Shown here: positions 1 to 12,206 of the stretch, one piece after another
Layout of the letters: each line of letters starts with the position of its first letter
Position numbering within the stretch: position 1 is the first letter of the stretch
Source: Podarcis vaucheri
Taxonomy: Eukaryota
Strand: one strand, 5' to 3'
Assembly (NCBI GenBank): GCA_965113315.1
Contig: OZ220365.1
Length of the DNA: 64,000 bases
The notes under the pieces: model-generated
What the model was told of the DNA's origin: nothing
Databases searched by the model: none
The model's input: the letters and a program-made list of their open reading frames with translations, nothing else
Program-made: the position numbers and the translations under genes

Positions 1-1554
1 CACTATAGGGAGGAATCTTGCACCCTATCCACTCTTCAGATCCATCATCTGAAGACAGGAGAGGACATAATTTGCCTCCTCATCACAGCATTGGGCTGAC
101 TGAAGAAGTTTAAACTTACCGGTACTTGCCCAACCTGGCGTCATGATGGGGAGGAAAATGCCCTCCTTCTTCTCTGCTGATCTGTAAGAGTGGCATTACC
201 ACAGAGGTAACGCCACTCTTGGGCCAAAAAAGGGCTTCTCACTAGCCCAGATGATAATGAGAACTAAGCAGACACAAAATACACTCTGTCAGGCTATTAC
301 TGTAAAATGAGGCCCATAGGTTATTAGTGTAACTTGTAGCCTGACCCTCTGTATAGTGGAAATCAGTCCCAAGTCAGTTCACATGGGATTGGCGTGTTAT
401 TTTAATTGAGCAATTAACTAAAAGTTTGCAATCGGACAGTGTTTGTGTGGTATGTGTTTATGCACAAGAGATTTTTTTCCCCTAACATTTTTGTTCAAAA
501 ATTCCCCAAAATACCAGTTGTTATTGCTGCTTAAAGCTGCCTGCATTTGCCAACTGACAAACCCAGTGTTGTGAAGGGGGTGGGAGAGGATGTCCTTTCC
601 TTGCTATACCTCCCACCTTTTCTCTTGCATAAACATCTTGTGTGCCTGAAACTGATCATTCCAAACTGGAAAAGTCCTCTGGGCCTCCAGGCCACCCGCG
701 GCCTTAGGCATTGGATTAGCACTTGAATTGTCAGCTAAGGAATGTCACTGAGGCCTACAGAGTGGGAAGACTGATGCATTGAAAGACATTTTGTCTGCAA
801 TGCTTGGCTGAAGCACCTACAAAAGCAGAACTTCCTAATTATTCCTGCAGATACTTTTTCTGCAGCCAACAGCCTGATTAGAAACCGACAGAGAAGATGG
901 GCGGTTGCGCAGGTTGGGTTAAGATGCTCTCTTGGCTCCGTTTTATTTTCTATTGCAGTGGAAGCTTGGCATTCTTTTTGTTTTGTTTCGTTTTAGGTCT
1001 GCCGTCCAAAGGCGTTTTTGCTCCAAGAGCGAACTGCGTTATAGTGTTGTCTTCAAAGATTTACAGACCAGGAGCCTAAAATGGTTGTCACAACAGACCA
1101 TGTAAAACAGATTAGCTACTTGTCAAAACAGCTTTCAATTAGCCTTTTAACACACATGATTAAAGTGGTTTGAGGTAAAATAAAAAAGAAAGAACAGGTG
1201 CTTCCTGTTACTCCTCTAAAAATGCTGCAATCCTAAACATGCTTGCTAGGGAATATATCCCACTGAACTCAACCAGAATGTCAATGAGCAGTAAGGATCA
1301 GTAACAAGGAAGCATACTTAAAATAATGCAACTTTTGTTTTTTGCAACATCTTAACTTTTTGGGAACCGATTGGCGATAATCTATTGGCTGCTTCAAATG
1401 CATGCTTAGCTGCTACCATTGTCACGACAGACAACAAAGAGCTAGTCTGGATTTATATTTGCACCAGGCAAGTATCCGGATGCCAGAATGTCAAACTTGG
1501 GTGCACACACAGATATCATGTACTTGGCATACATTGTAGATGGGCAGGATTTAA

Positions 1555-1730
1555 GAGTTAGCGGTTAGAATGTTAGACTAAGCTAAGGCAATGAGTCTCT
1601 AAATCCCTGCTCAACTATGAAGCTCACCAGGAGACCTTGGACCAGCAATATCACTCCCCTTAAATCTTTCCACACAGGAAACCTTTAGTTACTTGAAAGA
1701 AGAGTCGGATGAAAAGGTCAGGAAACAAAA
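1555..1730 (+). mobile_element. Decayed CORE/MIR-like SINE (Squam3-like)
   Basis: GGTTAGAATGTTAGACTA head and CTATGAAGCTCAC..GACCTTGGACCAG core; related fragments near 6673-6720 (+) and 42355-42460 (-); boundaries approximate. Confidence 0.5.
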
Positions 1731-2214
1731 CATATAAATGATGAGTAGGTATAAGATTTATATAACAAGTTCTGGTAGTACAAGCCTATGCATCCTTATT
1801 TAGAAATAAGACTCCGACTGTACCTCTTGGCTGTAACTGCTAATATTCAATTTCAAAGGTAATCTATTACTGGAGGGTAGCAGCAGTGAGTGGCTAGATT
1901 TTGCTCTAGTTGTGACCTTCACAAGGTAGGGGGCATCTTGGAGGAAGAGCATTGGATTAAATAATCCCTTGATGTGATCCAGCATAGGCTGTTTTGTGAC
2001 TAAAAATACTTTAAAAGGACTTAGAAGCAGCAACCAGTGCATAATGTAGCAGATTGACATATGACATATGATAGGAAGAACTCCTATTACAGCATTTCTG
2101 AGAGAATTGCACTTTTTGATTCTGCGCTCAGTTCAAGGTCTTGTCTTGGACATATAAAGCCATTAGTGACTTGAGTCCCGTGTACCTGAAAAATTGCACC
2201 ACCACCCCACATTT

Positions 2215-2560
2215 GTAAACCAGCCTGGGAATTAGATTTGATTTTGTTGGTGATTCTGCTACCCTCAGAGGTCTCTGATACAGCAGCATGTGATGAGAGT
2301 GCCTTCTCAGTGGTGGCTCTGAGACTATGGAATTTCCTGCCACTGGCTGTGCACCCAGCTTCAACTTTGGGTTATTCAGAAGACATGCAAAGGTGGCCAT
2401 TTTTGCCCTTTTGGAAACATTTAATTACTCTTCACCTTTTGATAATTATTTGACTTATTTTTTTAGCGATTCATTATTCATCTGTTGTGCTTTACTGTTT
2501 TATTATGATGTAATGCACCCTGGGACTTTTGTTGAAGGGTGGGTAACAACTATATCTAAT
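2215..2560 (+). mobile_element. Decayed L2-type LINE 3' end
   Basis: GCCTTCTCAGTGGTGGCTCTGAGACTATGGAATTTCCTGCC encodes AFSVVALRLWNFLP, the typical L2 ORF2 terminus, followed by a T-rich UTR and AATAAA tail; similar remnants near 21230-21450 and 23030-23130. Confidence 0.65.
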
Positions 2561-3113
2561 AAAATAATATATATATATACACATAAGAATAATGAAGAAT
2601 AAGTTTTTGTTCATTCTTAATGTGTGCTTGAGAACATACAGCCGTGTTATTTCACTCTGAGTGCAATCATTTTAATATCTTCATATTCATGAACTTATTA
2701 AATAGAGAAGGCAAAATATGTTATCCCACAGAGTCATCCCAAAGTAAATTTCATGGCTTTCGTCCACATTAGTGATGCTGGAAATATTACAGGGGAAAAT
2801 CTGAAATTACCAGCAGTAATTGTCTTTCTTCTCAATACATTTCAGTCTCTGGATTTTTCAGGGGGAACGAATCTCGACTGCAATAAGGCAGTTGGAACAG
2901 CTCACTCACTTGAGAGTAATTGTCCATCTTCTATTTCTAGATTCTTACCAAGTCAGGGCAGCACAACCACTCAGAGAGGTCACAGAGCCTTTCTCTAACT
3001 TAACGCTCTGTAATCCTAGAGCTGGGGGAACGTCAGCTATTGAATTATCTCCTGGGATGCCATTGTTAGGGATCCAGCCCATGACACGCAACAAGTACAC
3101 AACAATGCTCCTT

Positions 3114-3292
3114 TGGGGAAGGCTGTAGCTTAGTGGTGCAGCTTTTACCTTGCATGCAGAAAATTCCAGCATCTCCAAGCAGGGCGGAAAATGTGCTTGA
3201 AACCCTGGAGAGACACCACCAGTCAGTGTTGACTTTACTGTGCTAAATGAACCAATGGCCTGACTTGATATAAAGCAGCTGCCTATATTCCT
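3114..3292 (+). mobile_element. Decayed tRNA-derived SINE with a LINE-like tail
   Basis: GGCTGTAGCTTAGTGG A-box-like head; body and tail (TATAAAGCAGCTGCCTATATTCCT) recalled as a common squamate SINE; family name not assigned. Confidence 0.55.
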
Positions 3293-3526
3293 CACATAAA
3301 TCAAAGCATTTTATAAAAATGCATTTTATCTACTATATCCCAATCAGGGAGTGTAAACAAAAACGTTGGTGCACATTAACTGGAGCCGTCACGAAAACCC
3401 TTAAGCTATTGCGGCTTCTCACATTTTCAGGCAGAATCCCGAATTCCCAAGGGGGCCTTCACTTCAGTATAGCATTTCAACATGGAAGTTCAGGTCCGTG
3501 CGTCCCTCTAAAACATGTCTTAGATC

Positions 3527-3616
3527 CATAGCTGTCGACGTTTCCCTTTTTTAAAGGGAAATTCCCTTATTCCGAATAGGATTCCTCGCAAGAAAAGGGA
3601 AAAGTTGACAGCTGTG
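3527..3616. mobile_element. 90-bp hAT-type MITE
   Basis: ~25-bp imperfect TIRs CATAGCTGTCGACGTTTCCCTTTT / AAAAGGGAAAAGTTGACAGCTGTG; perfect 8-bp TSD CTTAGATC (3519-3526, 3617-3624). Confidence 0.88.
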
Positions 3617-6106
3617 CTTAGATCTATGCCTCCCGCTCGCTTCCCGCCACTCAGTAGGATGCTCCTTCCTGTTTTTATGAAGACAAGGTCCAAGTCACTT
3701 GAATGCCCCTAGGAAAGTTTTTTGCTGTTTTCCTGCACCTCAGGAAAACACCTCATGGTTGGAGCAAAGGGGGTGGGTCCTGCCTGCAAGGGCCGCTGCC
3801 ATGGCTGAACCTTTCCCTATTTTCATCTGAGGAATGTTGGAGGCTATGCCTGTTATTATAGGCCAGAAACAGTAAATTAATATGGTGAGGTCCATTTGCA
3901 AACATTGCAGCTGGATCAATGTGGAACTTGAGGTACTGGATGAGTGTCAACCAAAGGAAAGGGGGAAATAAGCAGAAATTGTGCACTGAAAATCCAAAAC
4001 AAAGAAGAAATGCTTTTTTATTATTTTCCACTGAATTAAACACAGCTGCATAGTCAAAACAGCACAAACAGGATCTTATTTGTGGATGAATTTTGAGGCC
4101 CAAAAATGTCTTTAAAAAACTATTTGTTCTTTATTTTGCTCAGGGCAAATCATCACAGTGTGGTTTTTCTGTTTTATACAACTGTTGGGCATCTTTCTGT
4201 ATATTATGAAATCTTGTACCGCAATATAAATTATTTTTATGATGTATTTTTAATATAATGCTATTAGTGTTCAGGGCACTTTAGAGAGCATAAGAGGACA
4301 GGTTCCTATGCAGAAGGCTTTGGAAAAACCTCCTCCTGGAGAAATTCTTCCAAATTTTCAGAACTGACGTTTTTGAACTGCTCTTTGACTTGCACAGTCT
4401 CCCTGTATTTAAAACCTGCCTGGTCAAGGAAGTTCTGCAAATGAAAACTTTCTCCATCACTGCACCTACGTTAAGGCAGAGCCAAATGTTCTCCTCACAT
4501 ACTGGAAGTAGTCTTGTCAGAAGGCACAGGAGCCCTGACAGAAAGAAAAACATGGCAACACTATCCACAAGTGACACCTTGAGTCTAAGTATGTTTAAAG
4601 AAGGGGGATTCAGGTTTTAATTATTGTGTGGTGCAATTTGCAATGCATAGATCGGGAAATGGTACTTACAAGAACCCCATTTTCTACAGAAATAGATTCC
4701 TGGACACTGCCACGCATAATTTGTGTGGCAGGTGCTCACATGTAGAAGGAAGAGTGGGGACCACACTGCTGGCCCTTCTCCTGACATCAAGCAACCAAGC
4801 TAACCACACCACCATAAGTCCATAGGAGCCAACTCCTAGGGGCCATGGGGTCTTTGTCGTTCCCCTAGTAAAATATTTGAGGCGGCCAGGGGCCCTAAAT
4901 GTTGATGGGCATTGTTTAGTTGTGGGTGAACATATCAGACGACACAGCGATTCTTCAAACAGCTCTTGTTTATTCACAGGCCAGGACAGAACTGAACTGA
5001 AGGGTTCAGTCAACCTGTTTATATAGAGCTCCAGTACAACGTTACTGTAACAACTTTCTAAAACTATCCAATCACTGAACGTCACTTTCAATCCCTTATT
5101 TGCATAACTACAGTATCTCCTTGCTGGCCCAGGGTGAGAACTTCAGTACATAACAGGCATGGCCACTCAAATGGTGTGAGTGCACAGCATCTGGCGATTG
5201 ATTATGCAGGGTGGGGCTTACGTGGGCCCCCCAATATTTTATTCAAGCTGGCAGCCCCTGCTGATGTCCTCATGTTGAGTGCAAACATCCGAAGAGGAAC
5301 TTCTGCGAGTGAGTTCATGGAGCGGTTGCTAATCTGTAGCTGCTCCAAAGGAACAGGAGGACACCCATGCAGTTGTGATCCAGAGGCCTTCTGGTGTATA
5401 TTTGGGGGAGGCTAGCTCCTCCACATGATGTTGTAGGCGAGGCCAGTGGTGTGGTCTTGCTTGTGGTTCTACACATGGGCACACTTCACACAAGTAGCAC
5501 ATGCAGAGGGTTCTGTTCTCCGTTACATCTTGTCATCCTAGAAGTGAGTTTGGTGAAAATTATTGACTGCAACCTGAGCCCATTCCAGAGAACTTAAATA
5601 TAAAAACAGTGAGTTGGGTGGGCTGTAGCCACTCTCAAGAAATGTCTTATGGTCTCAATTTGTGGCTTATATTTCTTAATAATCATGTTTATGTAAAACA
5701 TATTTTTAAAATACAAAGCACTGTTTTAACTGGGAAAAGAGTTCACTTGGTTTATTTTTAGTCTCACATTGCAAAAGGGCTCTTGCATTGACTGAGAAAA
5801 CCCAATGGACTCGTGACCACAAAGAACAATGACAAATAAAGCAATTCATCTGCAGGCACCCCCAGTTGCTTGTTGTGAATTCCCATTGTTTGCAAATATT
5901 CTTGTTTTGGAAAAGAGAAAGTGCATTTATAGAGACCCCTGAGCCCAAGATACTCTAATGCATCAAGTTGTTTACATTACTCATGTTTCAAAAGGAAGCC
6001 TTGATATGTTCCCTGCATGTAGGTCAATTCAGGCAGTGGTCACAGGATGCCTCCTTCAAAGTTTTACTATGCAGCACTTGTAACAATTCTGCATAATGTT
6101 GCATGC

Positions 6107-6225
6107 ACATAGAATCATAGAACTGTACAGTTGAAAGGGACCACAAGGGTCATCAAGTCCAACCCCCTGCAATACAGGAATCTTTTGCCCAATGTGGGAC
6201 TTGAACCCACGACCCCGAGATTGAG
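6107..6225 (-). mobile_element. tRNA-Lys-derived SINE with CR1-type ATTCTATG tail (Squam2-like), head interrupted by a Sauria SINE
   Basis: Reverse complement reads ..ATCTCGGGGTCGTGGGTTCAAGTCCCACATTGGGC..TTGGACTTGATGACC..TTCTATGATTCTATG; homologous to 36769-36897. Confidence 0.8.
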
Positions 6226-6230
6226 CTATA

Positions 6231-6610
6231 GGGACGCGGGTGGCACTGTGGTCTAAACCACTGAGCCTCTTGGGCTTGCCAATCAGAAGGTTGGCGGTTC
6301 GAATCCCCACGACGGGGTGAGGTCCTGTTGCTCGGTCCCAGCTCCTGCCAACCTAGCAGTTCAAAAGCACACCAAAAGTGCGAGTAGATAAATAGATACC
6401 ACTCCAGTGGGAAGGTAAACAGCATTTCTGTGCGCTACTCTGGTTTTGGTGTTCCGTTCTACCAGAAACGGCTTAGTCATGCTGGCCACATGACCCAGAA
6501 AAACTGTCTGCGGACAAACGCCTGCTCCTTTGGCCTGTAAAGTGAGATGAGTGCCACAACCCCAGAGTTGTCTGCGACTGGACTTAACCATCAAGGGTCC
6601 TTTACCTTTT
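6231..6610 (+). mobile_element. Sauria SINE (Squam1-type), copy 1
   Basis: GGGACGCGGGTGGC head, B-box GGTTCGAATCC, ACCTTT-type tail; collinear with copies at 18871 and 34295. Confidence 0.9.
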
Positions 6611-7922
6611 TATGCTCTCTGTATGATCACAGCTGGTACAATAAGACTGTACCAGCTTTTTGTACTGACCAGTACAGTGTAGTGGTTAGAGTGTCAGACT
6701 AGGACAGAGTTCAAATCTCTGCAAACAGACCACAATACCAATTATATCATTCCAAGAATCTGCAAGATTATTGCTCAACCATAACTGTGCTCTCTATGTC
6801 TGATGTGGAGTGCTGATTCACCATTCAGCATAACAACCATGAATGTGCAGTTCCTCGTATTCAAGCTGTGAGTATGCCTGATTGCAAAAAGTTCAAGAAG
6901 TGCATTCACCTGCGTGCTACAAAAGAAAGAATGATTGATAAAAATCTCTTCTGGAAAGTAGGGGGACCAAAAAAGCCATTGCAACTTCCATCAGATGCCT
7001 TCAAACTGAAAACATGATTGGTTGAAAGAGTCCAGGAAATTCATTTACTAAAGCATTCCCAAGTAAGCAAGTGTGGAACATCTGAATCAAATTCCATTAT
7101 GGTTTCCAAATGTCTGCCTCATAAGCGAGAAATATCGAGGTTTCAAGACCCCCCTTTTTCATGGAAATGACTATTTCCCCTAATTTAACAACATTTAGCA
7201 ATATTTTCAGAATGAAATCATTCTTATTAAAAACATTCTATGGTGACCCAAACAAAGCAATGTCACATGTTCACAACGAATCATTCCAGTTCTATGTATG
7301 GAATAAACTCTGTAATACTTAATAAAATTATACATTGTATGACTGTCAAAGCAGGTAATGCGGGAAATTGGTGACCTGATCTGCAATCAGTGAAGCCCTA
7401 GTTCAGGGGTCTTGGGTTCAGTAGATCCCAAGTTGCTAGGCTCAGGCTCAGTGGTGTCAGGGTCCAGATCCAGCACTTCTACAAGTGTGTTGTGTTTTCC
7501 CTGTTGCCCTCCTTCTAAAATACCAACAATGAAACAAGCAGGTCCACAGTAATATACAACTGGTCAAAAAGTGCAAAATTAAAACAGTTAAAAACAAGCT
7601 CACTGGTACAAAATAATCAACACCAATGTTAAACCACTGAAAAACCAATGAATTACATTAATAAATGGGAAAATGCAGTTAAAAAGTTCATTTTGTTAAG
7701 GCAAATGATACTTGTAGCATAATGGTATCTGTGACCACCAGTTTTCAGAACCTTTTGCTCTACATATGTTCTCACAGAATAAAAAAGAGCGACTTTATCC
7801 CTGCCACATCTTCACCCAACCCACCGCTGAACATGGCCATTCAATGTTCACAAACCCGTTTTCTCTAAAAATGTGTAGCAATAAAATATTATGAATTCAT
7901 CTAATGGTCTGAACCCCTAGAA

Positions 7923-8413
7923 CAGTGTTTCCCAAACGTTTTTGGGCAACGGCACACCTGTTTACTGAAAAAAAATCTCGCGGCACACCACCATTAAAGC
8001 CCCGCCCCGTGACGTCAGCGCGCAGCGTCACGCCGGGAGGGACGCACAAAAGTGAAAGTTTTTTCCCTCGGCAGCTCCTCTCAGCTGCGCTCAATCCGCC
8101 TCGGAGCGCAGGAGCGATGCCTCTCTCTGGCTCTCCCTCCGCGCAGGCTGAGGGAGGGAGGGAGGGGCGCGTGTGACCCGTCTCTGCTGGGAGACCAAAC
8201 CCAGCGAGGCAGAGTCGCGCGGAGGCGCCCAGGCAGCGCTGCTGGCTGCGAGGAGGAGCGCCAGGCAGCAGCAGGAGGCGCGACCTCTCCTCGTCGCCGC
8301 CGCCCCGCCTCTCGCCGCCCGACTCGCCCGCCTCCCTCCAGGTATCTCGCGGCACACCAGCCGATGTCTCACGGCACACTCGTGTGCCGCGGAACACCGG
8401 TTGGGAAACACTG
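7923..8413. mobile_element. Non-autonomous hAT (Buster/Charlie-type) MITE, 491 bp, GC/CpG-rich
   Basis: TIRs CAGTGTTTCCCAA...TTGGGAAACACTG; perfect 8-bp TSD CCCTAGAA (7915-7922, 8414-8421) with central TA; repeated subterminal CGGCACAC motifs. Confidence 0.93.
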
Positions 8414-9649
8414 CCCTAGAACATACTTTTAAAATTTATGTGCTTGGGAAGAAGTGTAGATACAACCTCTGATGCTTTCTCCCACATGGAAAAATGTATT
8501 TAGAGGCTAAAAATTACATCAGAACTGGGCCTTTTTGGAGGTATATAACACAGCTGGCCGGAGAGCATTACTGTTGCCACACAGGTGCTAAGAAGAAGAA
8601 GCAGCAAAACCCTGAGAACTGACCACCACCCATCTGCAAGCTGCAAAGCAAACTATCGGTCCCCCAGTGGGCTTCTGTAATTCCTGTATTCCCAGGTTTG
8701 AGGGTGGAAAAATAGACGCTCTAATTAAGTCCAGCTTTGCTTCAAATGCCGCAGTGTAATTAAGCCAGGAATCCTCTCTTCTTTGCCCCAAATAGCTGTC
8801 TTCTGGCTCCTGTCTGTTTCTGAATGGCAGGCCAGGGCAAATCTAAAAGTGAGCCCATTATATTTCTGAACAGCACACACAGCATTTGTTGAAAAACGAA
8901 AAGCAAGCCAACAATTGTGTTAGGTTGTTTTTAGTTTAGTTTAATTTGTGTCTCTTCCACTTGCTGCTCTCCCGGCAGAAGGTGGAGCAGCCAGACAAGG
9001 AGCGGAGTGGAAAGAAATGGCTTGTATTTTATTATTTTTTAAATCATAATATTTAAAGACACTGCAGATGCAGAGGCAACTCGTTACCAGCTGTTTTGAT
9101 TAAAACACATTATTTTTCGTAATAAAGACCAAATAGGACAATGAAACAATCTCTGTGCCACATTCCTTTGCAAACTTATTTCCATAATCACAGTTCAGTT
9201 ACATTGACAAGCAATAAAACAGAGGAAAAGTATAATTTTGAAATATTTAAGCTGCAAGACAACACCAAACACTCGCCATTCCGCAAACAGCTTAGAAACA
9301 ACTTCTAATCAAAAACAGATTAATAACTGATTAAAACATAATGTTTAAGGCAGATTCTAGCATGCTTAAAGAGTCTCAACTTGCAAGGTTCTTTTCTAGG
9401 CAGAGCAGATGAAGGCTGGGTTCACACATGCCTATGCTCAGTGACTGCACCATCACATTAAGACTTGTGTTTTCTGAAGCACCTTTCTGGGTTTCTGTGG
9501 AGTCAGATTGCACATTTGGCCACAAACCAACAAGAGATGAGTAACTGTGATAATGAGGCATCATGAGTGAATCAGAAGCTGTTGTCTATTTTAGCTTCTT
9601 TTCCCTTGATGCTCTCTCTGTGGCATGCTGTGAGTTTTCTGAACCTATA

Positions 9650-9891
9650 CAGTGGTACCTCTGGTTACATATGCTTCAGGTTACATACGCGTCAGGTTAC
9701 AGACTCTGCTAACCCAGAAATAGTGCTTCAGGTTAAGAACTTTGCTTCAGGATGAGAACAGAAATTGTGTTCCGGTAGTGCGGCAGCAGCAGGAGGCCCC
9801 ATTAGCTAAAGTGGTGCTTCAGGTTAAGAACAGTTTCAGGTCAAGAACGGACCTCCGGAACGAATTAAGTACTTAACCCAAGGTACCACTG
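9650..9891. mobile_element. Tc1/mariner (Tigger/pogo-like) MITE, 242 bp, copy A
   Basis: TIRs CAGTGGTACCT..GGTTA / TAACC..AGGTACCACTG, TA TSD; highly similar to 39766-40007. Confidence 0.9.
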
Positions 9892-10559
9892 TACATTTCT
9901 TCCTCTCATAACAGGTAGGGCTTTTTCAGGGGTTTTGGAGTTTGTTTTGTTAGCTTCTTGCAAAATAGGCTAGTGTAGGCCAACTAGTACAGACATTTTT
10001 TAAGGGCCTGATCTACTGAGCCCCAAAAACTTTCAAACTTGTTTCTGATAAGCAAACCCTCAGGATTTCCCTTGGAGCTCTTGGGGACTGCAGAAGACAG
10101 TGGGGCATGTTCAACAGTGCAGAGTCACTGCTCCCATAATGGAAAATCTTGTCTGCTGTTACCGAAGAGTCCGTGATAAACTTCCAAGGAACCCTGGAGT
10201 TTTAGGCCAGGATAATAGATTATGTCCTCTGTACCAACTAAACATAAAATTCTCCCCACTTATCATAATGTCACAGGCAACCATTTACTGCCACATGCAC
10301 CCTGTGGTAAACTACCATAATGTCAGTTGTCATATGTGCCATCCTAAAACTGCTATATGAATTACTGGCAGGAATGTTGCTGCCGGTGCTTTGAGCTGCA
10401 TATTGTAAACTTTTCTGAAAGGCATGCATTTATATTTTAGCTTTTGTTTATACGAGTGTTTCTAAACTGCCAACTCATTAAAAATTTCATGGTAGTGTAA
10501 AATAAAATCATTAGAACATCATAAATCTACAAAATCAGACAATAAGCTATATCATGAAA

Positions 10560-11400
10560 TTAAGAAAAAACATTGATAGGCTTTTTGAGATGGGAAAGAT
10601 GTCAGCTATTAATATTACTATGTTTCCCCAAGTACTATTTTTCTTTCAAAATATACCATTAAGAATTAAACATGAAATTATAACTAAGCGGCAAAGGTTA
10701 GCGTTAGTTTTCCTATGGGAAGAAAGGCAAGATTGCTGCTAAGATATTATACAAACCACTTGAAAGAGACATTGCTTTCCCATGCTTTAATTGGTACTAC
10801 CACACAACCAGGTTATCTCATTTAAAATCATGGTTCCATATCAGATAAAGACAGAACAGATGGAATTGACAATGGAGTTTTAAAAAATGCATTGTGGCAT
10901 TGGACCAAAGGGACCCGAGAGCTATTCAAAGCAAAAGTCTTTTTGAAGTCTGGCATAGATGCAGACGTAAGATGAGCTCAAGTCTCTCACCAGTTCCTAT
11001 AATTTGTTATAATGAAAAAATGAAAGAGAAAAGATGGCTGGCAAATACCGAGAATATGAGAAGTTTGTGGTGTAATAGAATGTGTAAGATTAATGGGCAG
11101 TGACCTAAAAAAACCACCTATAATGAAATTATGAGGAAGATGGGCAACTAGAGTGTTGCAGTTCCTCAGCACCTGCAAGTTATAATTCTAACATTTACAG
11201 TTAGATACATCTTGTTAAGAGAATGTACCAGATTTGAAAGTTGATGTCTAAAAATCCAGTCAACCATAGTTAAGATCTAAAGAATATTGGCACATCTGGA
11301 ATCCTCCAATAATTTAGATCAAATGGGAAACTGATTTTAGAAAAGTAATCTCGCATAATCCATGGGCTGGATTGTGGGTGTATATCTTGCAATCAACTCT
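10560..11400 (+). mobile_element. Ancient decayed L1 ORF2 fragment
   Basis: KMSAINITMFPQVLFFFQNIP..VFLW aligns by eye to MESIKMCILPRLLFLFQNLP..KYIW of the young L1 in this window; many stops; right boundary approximate. Confidence 0.7.
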
Positions 11401-11791
11401 TTATTATAAGAAAAAGGAAGACTGATCTTTTGATGGTATTTTGAGTCTGCAAAGGCTGAGTCAAATAGTTCTCACCTGGTAAAGAGATGCTGGAGGTATA
11501 CCTCCATTAGAGATAACATATAACACATTGATAATGCTCCGAAATTAAGCAATTTTGGGTCTCAGCTGTAAATAAAACATTTTAAATGTGCTGTAAAGCG
11601 CAATGTACAAATGTGACACTAGATGGTGAAATTCAATGTATTTTTCAAAACGTTTCTTAAAAAAGCATTTTCACAGCCTTTTTTATATGTGTGTAGATTC
11701 CACCTAGGTCTGCTGGTGGTCTTCTTGGGGTTTATGTAGGGCAAGATTTTACCTGAGGATGTGACTATGGTGACTCATATTTAATAGCAGC

Positions 11792-11822
11792 TTGGTTGGT
11801 TGGTTGGTTGGTTGGTTGGTTG
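11792..11822. repeat. (TTGG)n microsatellite
   Basis: About 7.5 perfect units. Confidence 0.95.
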
Positions 11823-12029
11823 TTAGTTATAAATGGAAGATTTTTTAAGAATGTTTTCAGAGCAGCATAGGAAGGACTGCAGTGGCTCCCAAGCCACTAA
11901 AAGCCAGACTAGATGCAAAATCAAAGGTCCATGATCAGATATCCTGACCTCCTTTCTTCTGTTTAAACAGCCCCCTGGGGACTGGATTGGGGCTGCAGTG
12001 CTGGAGGAACAGGGGTTGGTTCCTCATGC

Positions 12030-12206
12030 TATCTGTCAGAAAGTGTTTAGCCAGAATCTCCTTTCTTGTAATGTGAAGCCACTGGTCCAAGTCCTACCCT
12101 CCAGAGCAGGAGAAAACAAGCTTGTTCCTGCTTTCATTTGACAGCCCTTGAGATATTTGAAAATGGCTACCGTATCTCCTTGCAGTCTCCTCTTTTCCAG
12201 GCTAAC
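12030..12206 (-). mobile_element. CR1 LINE 3' fragment
   Basis: CAGCCCTTGAGATATTTGAA..TCTCCTCTTTTCCAGGCTAA is the reverse complement of the CR1 ORF2 end (LEKRRL..FKYLKGC). Confidence 0.7.

Noticed and set aside
7897-8472. Cluster of overlapping 83-166 aa ORFs on both strands, suggesting a gene or its CpG-island first exon
   Set aside because: They coincide with the TIR/TSD-bounded GC-rich MITE; stop codons are scarce at this GC content and the peptides are low-complexity with no recognisable domain.
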